Shown here in pieces: positions 1 through 9,929 of a stretch of 20,000 nucleotides of DNA. This stretch comes from Dirinaria sp. TL-2023a. Taxonomy: Eukaryota. The notes beneath the pieces are model-generated. The model saw nothing but the letters and a program-made list of their open reading frames with translations. It searched no databases and was not told the DNA's origin. Location of the stretch: contig JAVEBF010000004.1 in assembly GCA_051941275.1 (NCBI GenBank), forward strand, positions 48,455-68,454, written 5' to 3'. Positions within the stretch are counted from its first letter, which is position 1, and every line of letters begins with the position of its first letter. The position numbers and the translations under genes were made by a program.

Positions 1-686
1 GAGCTCCTGGAAAGTAGACCTCGATCTTCATCTGAGCCTAGCAGTAGTGGCAGACTCCCAAGTTGTACTTCAGTAGGGTGGAAATATCCTTGAGTATCGA
101 GATTCTCAGCCAATCTCCTGGATATACCACAATCTGTTCGCAACTGCTTAAACGACAACAAAGGTCGAGGGGAAATTTGGAGATGACCACTGCTCGTCAT
201 TTTCTGGTGTGCATCTCGGTTTTCCTGATCCATTAATTTCGACTGAGTTTGTGGCCCTGTCTCGGCTTTCAGAACTGTCACCTTAAGCTTATTGCGCTTC
301 AGGATCTTTCGACACTCATCTTCTCCCAAACTTTCAGAAGCGACGTGACGCTTTATTTGCTGTCTATGCTGCGTTTCTTGTGGAGCTACCGCAGCTCCAG
401 CTTTCGAGTAAGGTGTTGTGGATGGAGTTGCCTTGTCAGGCTTTCCGAAAAAGTCGAGGTAATCAGAAGATGCTGAGCTCTGACTTTCATCTTCAGGCGA
501 TCTCTTACGTTTGACTCCTCGGGGGTTAGATTGTGCCTTAGGGAGGAAATCTTCAAAGCCATGGGCGACAGTTGTGCGACGACTGTTAAAGCCGGCTGAA
601 GGTATTTGAGCTTGATCAGGATTCTTCAACGTTGAGGCTGATTTTTGGAGACTTGTAGATCTCGTGAGTAGTTTAAATACGTCCAT
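1..686 (-). CDS. ROK1: ATP-dependent DEAD-box RNA helicase Rok1/DDX52-like, N-terminal ~228 codons (continues past the left edge)
   Basis: Hand translation from ATG at 686-684 is open to position 1: [16 protein letters not shown]...RGVKRKRS...DYLDFFG...[16 protein letters not shown]...[48 protein letters not shown]. The [11 protein letters not shown] start and the Q-motif (GYxxPTEVQ) match fungal Rok1 as I recall it. Absent from the ORF track because there is no stop in the window. Confidence 0.88.
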   Translation of the reverse strand, partial: [228 protein letters not shown]

Positions 687-2205
687 CTTTACAAATGTTC
701 AGCAGTTGACGTTGTCCGGGCTTTCCTCTCAAAGACGTGCACATTTCTACAAAAAAAAGGCCGACTATGAAAGGTGCAGTCTAAATCACTATCTGGAGCT
801 GCTCTTGGACAAGTCGATTTCAGAACCTCTTGCTCATACAATTACTTTAGTTTTGCAATACTAAAGAAAGTGAGCGTATTGGTCTGCACTATCGAACTAG
901 TCGAGGAGGTCGACTTTAGACCCCCGGGATCTCGGACCGACACGAGGGGGACGGACAAATATTGCCAAGACCGAATTATTACCGACAAAGTTCCTTGCGC
1001 TCTGCTCAAGTCCTCACTATCCTGTACTTTAGCCCTTGGACTACTTCACCGAGTTTACCCTCCTTACATTGAGACTTCTTAACGTAGACTCTTTTTCTTC
1101 AACTATCTCGCAGTCAAGAGGCATGCTGCATCAAGGAATGAACTTATACCAGCCTATAGCCTAATAATCGAAGATCTAATTTCATCACGATACGACGTCT
1201 CTTCGGGCTCAATTGTTTGGAGCGGAGCGAGAAATGTGCAGGAGCGAGTGTCGACTTCAAAGCTTGGACCCTTGGATCACTGTCAGAATTTAATGTTTAT
1301 TCGACCACAAGAATAGAAGTTTTTAAATTCGCTAACGGCGCTGACACTCGTACCGCGGAGCTAAGTATATATAGAATTATACTCACTTCCTCTAATCCTA
1401 CAGGTCTTAACCCCTTACGATGCCAACGCACCTGGATTCATGATCACTTTCTCAGAAACCATTGATCATCTCTTTTGGCGCAAGCTATTGCATTGAGTCT
1501 GGTGGCTCACCGACAATCATGAGAGTTCTTGCTTCGGAGCAGCCGTCGGAAATCAATTGACCCTGGAAAATGGAAGCAAAGCTTTGAAACCCAGAAGACT
1601 CCCTCGTGACACGCAGAGGGTCCATGTTGGCGTCAGCTTGAATGGGAGATCATGCCACGCTTCATGTATCCGATGGCATGGTAAATCTCTAGCGTGTCAT
1701 AGGGCTATCTCCCGTTCTTGGGCAACATAGTCGTCCAGGCGTACATGCGCCTTTTTGTCACCAGCGACAAGTTTGCAAAGTCCAGAGACTCGAGCTAAAG
1801 GTCTTCATCGCAGCTTTTCGCCACAATGACGTCCGTGATATGATAATAAATTAATTGCACAGATTGCTAATGGACTCATGAAGGTCAAACGGCTTCGAGG
1901 TTGTCTGCTTATTTCTTTGATCAGTACCTTCAAAGTTAGTGTGATAATTAGCAACAAAACAGGCATCACTCATGCCAATGGCACGAACGTTGATCGCATG
2001 ACACTCGTGTCGCAGTTGTCACAGCCAGCACGGGACTGGGAAGATTGAGGCTGTTGTACATTGCGACAACTCTATAGGAGACTGTACATATGTTCAAATG
2101 CCGTATGCTGCAAGCTGCAAGCTGCAACTTCGAGAAACACGACTTCATCGATAATGTAAGCTCCTCCTGAGCATCTCAATAGAAAGGCGGTCAAGCGCCA
2201 TTGCT

Positions 2206-3097
2206 TCAATGTGCTGCGTCATGGTGCTCCACATCTCCTCTGTAACCGACTACTTTGAATCTTCCAATCATTTCTCCAACCGTGAAAAATCCCAGAACCT
2301 CTGCTCCAATGACACCTGCAGAGACTAGTTGTCTCCTGTCCACATTTCGTATTCTGCTAAGGATCCCTTCAGGTGTTGCTGCACCTGATGCTGAGGATTG
2401 AGCAAGGATGGTTCCAGGATGCCGGATGGCATTGATGAGGGGCTGTACATATGACTGGACTGCCTGTAGGCTTCTAAAGGTTTTGTCTTATGTCAGCTAT
2501 GCTTAGAACACTCGATCCAGACTGATACACTTACGGCGGGCTCATCCTCTGCCCTTGGAAGACTAGTCTACTCAGCTCGAAGCCAACTTTCGAGTAATAG
2601 ACAGTGGGCGGATACAGAGCTATGCGGGCTTATGTCAGTACGGTGCTTGAATGAAGCAGGGATTTCAAATTGGTGGTCCAAAACACTGGTAGCTCTGAAA
2701 TCGACTTGGGAAGAAGAGTCTGAGGTAGACTCAATTTCATGAACGAACGTATTCTCAACAGATCCGATGGTTCTCTAAAGACAGCGAGATGGATGGAATA
2801 TGGTTCCTGCTCACATTGGGCGTAATTGACCAACCTTCCCAACCGTCCTGTTGTCCGATTCACATAGTTGCTGACCCCTTGGGCGGCACCGCTCACAGCC
2901 GGGCCTGTTGATGAGGTAACTTTTGAGAGTCCGGATGAGGCTTTTGATGTTGCATCTGAGGCAACCTCTTTACCCTTTTCTGCTGTTTTCGAAGCTGCTT
3001 GGGTAGCTTCGGAGGTAGTGGAAGCATGTCGCAAGCCGGTCCGACGTGCGAAAACACGGTTATGCCGAAGCATTAGTCGAGAGGAAGCGGAGGACAT
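2206..3097 (-). CDS. ATP20: Mitochondrial F1Fo ATP synthase subunit g, 211 aa; exons 3097-2815, 2619-2535, 2473-2206
   Basis: Arg-rich presequence (MSSASSRLMLRHNRVFARRTGLRHAS). The spliced product reads ...NYAQ-SLYPPTVYYSKVGFELSRLVFQGQRMSPP-SLQAVQSY...AGVIGAEVLGFFTVGEMIGRFKVVGYRG, including the subunit g FxxGExIGR GxxxG motif. Introns GTGAGC..CTGAC..TAG and GTAAGT..CTGAC..TAG keep frame (636 nt total). Confidence 0.93.
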
Positions 3098-3437
3098 CGC
3101 GCCTCGCCGTAGGATTTGACAAGGTGAGTGTGTCACTACTAATCAATTGAGTACCTGGCAAAGGGAAATGATGACGGAGTTGGTGCTCGTGCATTGGGCG
3201 AGGAGAGAAAAGATTTCGAAAAGGCGGGTACAGAGTACAGAGCTAACTTCTGATTGGCTGAAGGCGTTCCGCAGCTTCTTCCACTCACAGGCCCACACAT
3301 ATACGTAACGTAAGGTAGCTGTGCTCAGACTGTCATCCAAAGCGTCTTCACCTTCCAAGGCAGAGCTTTACATCTCCTTCCGTCACAGAAACATTACATC
3401 CAAACTCCTCACCCTCAACTGAGGTGGCACCGCCGGC

Positions 3438-4586
3438 ATGGCGCGTCCGAGGAGAAGTTCGAATATTTCTATGAATACTTCTTTACAGGACCATGAGCAG
3501 GTTGGTTTACAGATGCTTTGCTCAAGCTGTGCGTGTAGACTTACCCTTCCAGGAACTAGGCAGCATGTATGACTATCTGGCCAAAGTAATATTGATTGGT
3601 CCGTCCGGCAGCGGCAAGTTCGTTCGTTCCCTGTTCCCTCGAACAACGTTAGGCTCATGTCGTCAGGTCTTGCCTCCTCCACAGGATAGTGAAGAATGAA
3701 TGTCAGTTATTCGATGGTCTGGTTTCCGTTTGCTAAGTTCCACACAGGGCGCGTTCTCTCTTCGCAAACAATTGGCGTCGAATTCTCTTCGAAGATCATC
3801 AAAGTTGGCACAGGGTCGCGGCGTAAGCGCATAAAGCTGCAATTGTGGGATACTGCAGGCACGGAAAGGTTTCGATCGGTCTCGCGATCGTACTATCGCG
3901 GTGCCGCCGGTGCCATTCTGGTTTACGACCTCGCATCTCATGACTCTTTCTCTGCCCTCCCAACCTTCCTCAACGATGCCCGCGCTCTTGCCTCGCCAAA
4001 TTTGACGGTTTTGCTGGCTGGGAACAAATCAGATTTGGTCAAGGATCAATCCGCTTTTGGCGAACAGAGTTCGGAAACGCATCCACCGCCGACGCCTCGA
4101 AGCGCTGCGAGTCAGCCTTCCAACATCATCTACGATACTGGGGGCACAAGCAGCTTGAGCAATCATCAAAAAGTGACTGTCGCACCCGAAGGTCGTGAAG
4201 TGCCTGTTTCAACATCGTCAAAATGGGCGTCAGATAACAACATACCGGTGTGCATGGAGGTTTCTGCCTTCAATGGCGCTGCTGTAGACGAACTATTTTC
4301 ACGGCTGGCGAGAATGATCTTGACGAAGCTTGAATTGGGGGAAATTGATCCTGATGACCCTGCGAGTGGTATACAGTATGGGGATGCTGGCTGGGCAGGT
4401 GAGGATGGTGCCAGCGTGAAGAGTGGAGGAACTACCATCACTGAGGAGGGGGGATTGGCGCGGAGACGGAGGAAGGGCGGCAGAGGACGAGCTGCAACAG
4501 GAGCATGGGGTGCTGGTATGAGAGAATGGGAAACTGTGTTCAGGCTAGACGGTGTAGGAAGAAGAAGACGACGTGGTTGCTGTTAG
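3438..4586 (+). CDS. Rab family small GTPase, Rab4/Ypt4-like, ~333 aa; exons 3438-3500, 3553-3617, 3667-3701, 3748-4586
   Basis: Spliced protein has YDYLAKVILIGPSGSGKSCLLHR (G1), TIGVEF (G2), WDTAGTERFRSVSRSYYRGAAGA (G3/switch II), NKSD (G4), SAF (G5) and a C-terminal CC prenylation motif. The first exon is less certain; an alternative start is ATG 3565. Confidence 0.9.
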
Positions 4587-4997
4587 TATGATGCTAACGC
4601 ATCTGGCACTACTGCCGTGCCATTCTTAAATAACAGCGAGATAGAAATTCCTAACTACCTTCGCCCTCAACAACTTTAAAGCCCATGTGACGTCAAATAT
4701 CAATGCTCTAAAGGATGTGCGAGCAAAAAATAGCCAATTCTCCAAAGTACAATGTAACTTAAGTCTATAGCTCTTGCGCTCCTAACGGAACACCTTCGCT
4801 TCAGAAACGCCAATTAGGGCTTCGGCTTAGGGCTGGGCAAGCGCTGAGGCCTTGGGGGGAACTTAAGGTACCCTACCTTACTTTAAGGCCGGTACATCAG
4901 GCCACTCGTTTTTTCTAAACGCAAAGGCTGGATCATCGTCATAGATTGCGAGAATCCTCATATCATGCGCTCAATATAGCCTAAGTATTGTGTGAAG

Positions 4998-5867
4998 ATG
5001 CTTCATTCACCGGGTCCGAGGCAGATGCCTTATGCGCCAACACCGCACAGCTATATGCCCAGCTCAGCACTTCAAGCAACAATCAGCTTAGATGAGGTAG
5101 GTGGACGGATAACACGTTTAGTATCGCTTTTGAACGTTATGTACTTACGACAAAGACAGGAAGTCAAGCTCGCTGAAACTGCCACTGAGCGAGATCTGAT
5201 CGATTCCCTTGCCGAGCTATACAGCATTATCATCACCCTCGATGGCCTTGAGAAACATTATACCAAAGATTCGATAACTGAGTCAGAATACACTGAAATA
5301 TGCGGTCGCCTATTGAAGCAGTATAAGTCTATACTCAAAGATGAGACTGTGGCAAGAGAATTTGGCGATCTAGAGCGATTCAAGCGAGAGTGGCGAGTGT
5401 GTTTTCAATTGACGATTTTGCGAGGTACACAGCTTGAGGAGTGGATTGATTGATAGAATGAACAGATGGAAGCTCCTCGTGCCACTGAACGGTTGCGTAT
5501 TGGCCTTCCAGCAACCGTCGCTGATGCTCCTTCGGCGCAACAAGCTGCACCCCAGAATTCCACGCAATCACGCTCCTCTGCCACGGGCCAGCAAATCCTG
5601 TTGGCCACTGAAAACTTTATTACATTCCTAGATGCTCTGAAGCTGAACATGCTCTCGAAAGACAGCCTGCATCCGTTACTATCGGAGGTGATACAGTCCG
5701 TTAACCAGGTCACCGCTACAGATTTCGAGAACAGAGGGAAAATCATCAGCTGGTTGATACGACTTAACGGCATGCGAGCAACTGAAGAATTGGGTGAGGC
5801 TGAAGCAAGGGAATTATCCTTCGACATCGAAGGGGCATATGCTGGCTTCAAAGGCACGTTGAAGTAA
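4998..5867 (+). CDS. VPS28: ESCRT-I subunit Vps28, 245 aa; exons 4998-5096, 5160-5396, 5466-5867
   Basis: EEVKL...ERDLIDSLAELYSIIITLDGLEK...YTEICGRLLKQY, PRATERLRIGLPAT and ENFITFLDALKLNMLSKDSLHPLL are Vps28 signatures. Two GT-AG introns join the ORF-track pieces in frame (738 nt). Confidence 0.95.
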
Positions 5868-6723
5868 GCTGTAGCCTAAAACACCAGAGTTCTTGGGAGG
5901 AAGAGCGATTTTTACAGTGGCTCCACCTGCTCCTTTACCATAGCAGCTTCGGTGCGAAATCAAAGCAGTACAGGAAAGTTCCTACGGGGTCGTAATCTGA
6001 AAACAAAGTTGGGGACGCAGCGAGGCAAGGCTAGGCACAACGATAGCCACAAGCGGTGCAAAGGGTAATCCTCAGCTAATATACCCTCCCGACTGCTACT
6101 GTGGGAGATTGTCGAAATTCCATCCCCGGGCTGTCGCAAATCTTCACCTATAGGGTACTACCTTCAAGGTTCTCCTTAAACGCAGAGCTAGGTATTGCCA
6201 GAGCCGACTTCGCGCTCAGCAAAGAGTTTGTGACTGTAAGATGGCTACTCTCACTTGATGAGGTAAACATCATTGTCAATTTTCTATGAGTATACCCGGC
6301 CAACTGAGCTATCATTAGGCCTACATTTGAACATTATGCTCTACTTTAGGGCACACCCGCATTTAGTGTACAAAACTACCTTAGCTTTTTTTATCTTAAG
6401 GTATTTTTTACTTTACAAGTAGTCAGTGTGACAATAAGGTAAACAGCTATCCGTCTGCAAGATGTCTGGATGTTTACTTGATGTCTTGTCTAACCTCACA
6501 CAACCCGCCAAGCCATCGTTTGACTTGGCACACTTTGGCATCAACTGAATGTTCGTGGCATAAATAAGCATCCTTGGCCCATACCCCACTAAAGATGTTC
6601 ATCTTCTCAGCGGATCCCCACCAGCTCCTTGCATCAAGTCTTTGATATTGGTTCAATTCTCCTTCTTCCTCCAGGTATACTTCTATACTGCCATTTCCTA
6701 CTTTTTGTTCGCACCACAAGTAC

Positions 6724-9700
6724 ATGATGTCTATCAATGCAGTCTTCGTGGCTCCTCTAAAGCCATCCTCGCTGTGCTTTGTCTTCTGTACCATCCTCCT
6801 CATATGCCTAGCCACGCCCTCGGCCGCATTTGGAGCAGGCAATATCGGTGGGTCCTCTTAGCTACGCTCGACATTCGCTTTACCTTGAACACGACTAACG
6901 TAATTTGTAGCTTCGATTGCCCGCATTGAAGGTCTAAATTGGCGTCATGGAGATATTGAAGACACCCTTCTGAACATACTTATGTCTCGCGCCGCTGGCG
7001 GCAAAAAATTTGGGAAGCTGGACGTTAAGAGGGTATACTTCGGGAACTGGCTGCGGGATTACAGCCAAGCGGTGGATGTGGGAACAGTCAAGTACATATC
7101 GGCGAACGCAATCACCTTCCTCCTCTGGATACTTGGCTTCATGAGCTTTGGCTATGGTGGGAGTGGATGACCTGTTCCATCTGTATAGCGTTCTAATCCC
7201 CCTACAGGAACGAAAGAGTTTGAAGTTACCATGGACCGGCTTGGATGCTATAGACCTGAAGAACACATCGACAATCCAAAGGATGTAAATGACTTCCACA
7301 CTTGTTTTTCAAAACTAGAAAACAGCTCACGTATTCCTAGTACGCAGATAACCAGGATGCTCGCCAGTACGACAGGCGGCTTAGAGGGCCCGTTGATGAG
7401 CGTCGGGAGCTAGCTATCAATCCACAAACAGGTATACTGGGAATGCGCAGACTGATTTGGAAACGTGCTAAGCCCCTTAGGTCTGAAGAATTATATTGCT
7501 ACGGAGAATATTGGCATTGCGACCTCTGCAGGCCTCGTCCGCAATCTATTTGGTCGTAGTATACAGCTCGGCAGACAGTATGCTCGCAGTGGCAACAAGG
7601 CTGAATTATACGAGGCCTTGCGTCTTCTTGGGACCGGTTGCCATTGCCTCGAAGATTTCTCAGCCCATTCGAACTACACAGAACTGGCATTAATAGAACT
7701 TGGCGAGAGAGGAGTGTTCCCTCATGTTGGCAGACGCACTCGACTCGTGCTTCCTGAGACAGGGCGGTCAGTATATCCCATTATCACCGGCACATTCGGA
7801 GGGGTCGATTTCCTCCACAGCGTAATGGGGGAATTTTCCGATAAGGCTACGCAATCAGAGATTCAGGAACTGGAAGGGACCATGGAGAATGCGCAGAATC
7901 AAGGCGGCGACCAAAGCTTACTACAGGATTTGCTTAATCAAATTCCCAGTGGTTTGTTCGGTGACAAAGATCAGGCAGGCAAGGCAGACGAGCTCCAAGC
8001 CAATGCGCAAGCAGCTCAAATGCAGCACACGCATATTAGTCCCCGCGAGCCTGAAGCGTTTACGAGAGAAGTCGAACAGATGCGCAAAGAAGTCTACCCT
8101 ATCCTAGAGTGGCATGACGAGATGATGCAGTCAATTACAGAAACTATCGAAAAAATTCCCGTGCTGCCTGCTCTGCTGGAGCAACTCCAAGGTACTTTCC
8201 ATCATGATCTAATTCGTGCCAGAACATGCTAACACCTCCAGAACAACTCAATATATTTGTGTTCAGCCTGCTCGCTCCATTCGTTGTTCCCATCATTAGG
8301 CAGATTAAAACAGAGCTGAATACAGGATCTTCCGAGATAATCCAAAGCAGCAGAGAGAAGCAGCTCATTGTGTTTTACGATGATTCCTGCTCCGACCCAA
8401 CCCATTCAATGCTTTCCAAGGATCATTTCTCCAATATCCTGAATGAGCCCGCTGGCAAGGTCGCCAGCCAGGTCTTGAAATGGGTCGTGCCCCAGCTCAT
8501 GGCATGCTGGGATGATGAGCGTATTGACGTCAACAGAACGCTCACACGAATCATAAATGGAGTGTTTCATCATCCCAATCTTCGCGATTTCGGAGAAGAT
8601 GGCGCAGTGGATGGCCGCCATGGAATGTTTGCCGTTGTACAGCAATGGTGGGGTTCCAAAAATGATGAGGAGCGCAGCATCTTGCGAGAACAGTTTTCAC
8701 GCGAAGGTGTCGAGCAAGGACAGAACCATAAGGAAGGCGTTCACGACACTGGTCACGGTTGCGGTAAACCGCTCGGAATGCCAAATATGAAGACAGCCAA
8801 CAGCTCAGGAGCGCTTGGTGGACTAGCTGGTGGGGCAGTACTTGGCGAGATCACGTCAGCCCTTGCTGGGGAATCAAAGTACGACGCTGGCTATTCCGGT
8901 CAGTCAAGTGGTGGAGGTTCATCTGGGATCGGTAAGTTTGCAGAGGAGGCAGTTGGTGGCGGCGCAATAGGAGGCGTGGTTGGTGGCATTGCAGGCGCGA
9001 TAGGTGGTGATCTGCTCGGAAACGCTTTCGAAGGGCCAAAATCGGACAGGAATACCTACCAGAGCCAGAGAATTGAAGAAGATGGCTCATACACTCAGTC
9101 AGTGATCGAGACAGGATATCGGCCACAGTACGGTGGTGGCCAAACAACTTATGGACAGGCCGAGTACTCCCAAACTAATTTCTCTGGAGGAGGTCAGCGA
9201 CAAGAATATCAAAGGTACGAACAAGATGACCAATTTGCTTCCTCTGGATATGGTGAGCGTATAACGCAGGAATCACGGCCTACGTACGGTGGAGGCTTCG
9301 AGCGGACGACCGAAACAAGATACGAGCAGGCTGGTGGCGTATGGGAATCGGAAGTCATCCGCGAAGGAAGGGACTCAACTGGCCGCACTTACCATGAATC
9401 CGAAGAGCATGGAGGGCAGGGCGGTTTTAGAAGGGGTTCCGACTCAAGTTCCAACGAGGAAAAGAAGTGGGAAAAGCACCACAAGCACGATTCAAGTTCT
9501 GATAGCGACAACAACCAAGACTTTGGTACTGAGAGGAGCAAGTACAGCAACTACGGCCAGCAGCAAGGCTACGGAGACCAGAGGCAGGGTTATAGCGAAG
9601 AAAATTATGGTGGGCAAGGCTATGGCGGCGAATCTCGCTTCCAGCAGCAACGCTCCGAATATGGGGCGAGTGGATATGGCGGGCAAAGCTATGGAGGCCG

Positions 9701-9929
9701 CCAAGAAGAGTTTACGAGGACAGAAGAGTACTCGAGTCGCGAGGGACTCAGCGAGCGAGACAGCTACGGCGGAGGTGAGTATCGCGGAGGCAGGCAGGAG
9801 TTTGAGGAGACAGGTGAGTACGAGCAGGAGAGCGGTTACGCGCAAAGAGACGACCGTGGATACGGTCAACAGGAGGAGGAATACCAAGAACGTCGTGAGT
9901 ACGGTGACGATGGCTACGGTGGATACTGA
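6724..9929 (+). CDS. Het-C domain protein (TinC/Het-C-like) with signal peptide and Gly/Tyr/Gln/Glu-rich C-terminal tail, 978 aa; exons 6724-6847, 6911-7156, 7208-7284, 7341-7431, 7481-8191, 8242-9929
   Basis: Hydrophobic leader ending PSAA, then FGAGNIASIARIEGLNWRHGDIED, VYFGNWLRDYSQAVDVG, RLGCYRPEEHIDNPKDYADN, GTGCHCLEDFSAHSNY, TGTFGGVDFLHS and DPTHSMLSKDHFSNILNEPAG, all Het-C family motifs. Five GT-AG introns keep frame (2937 nt). Confidence 0.93.

Noticed and set aside
1139..1154. TPP riboswitch fragment (TGAACTT-ATACCAGC)
   Set aside because: The GATCTGGATA core and upstream CTGAGA are missing, and there is no thiamine gene nearby.
1391..1470. snR30/U17 next to its helicase ROK1 (AAACCAT at 1456 resembles motif m2)
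   Set aside because: m1 (ATATTCCTA) is only loosely matched and no ACA box follows m2 at the required distance.
2107..2127. (GCTGCAA)x3 tandem repeat
   Set aside because: Ordinary short slippage repeat downstream of ATP20.
687..2205. Telomerase RNA
   Set aside because: Size and hairpins are compatible, but there is no TAACCCTAA-type template on either strand.
4814..4834. Telomeric-like TTAGGG copies
   Set aside because: Only two non-tandem hexamers, not an interstitial telomere array.
3438..5867. Functional endosomal gene cluster (Rab4-like plus VPS28)
   Set aside because: Two adjacent housekeeping trafficking genes are easily explained by chance; there is no evidence of co-regulation.
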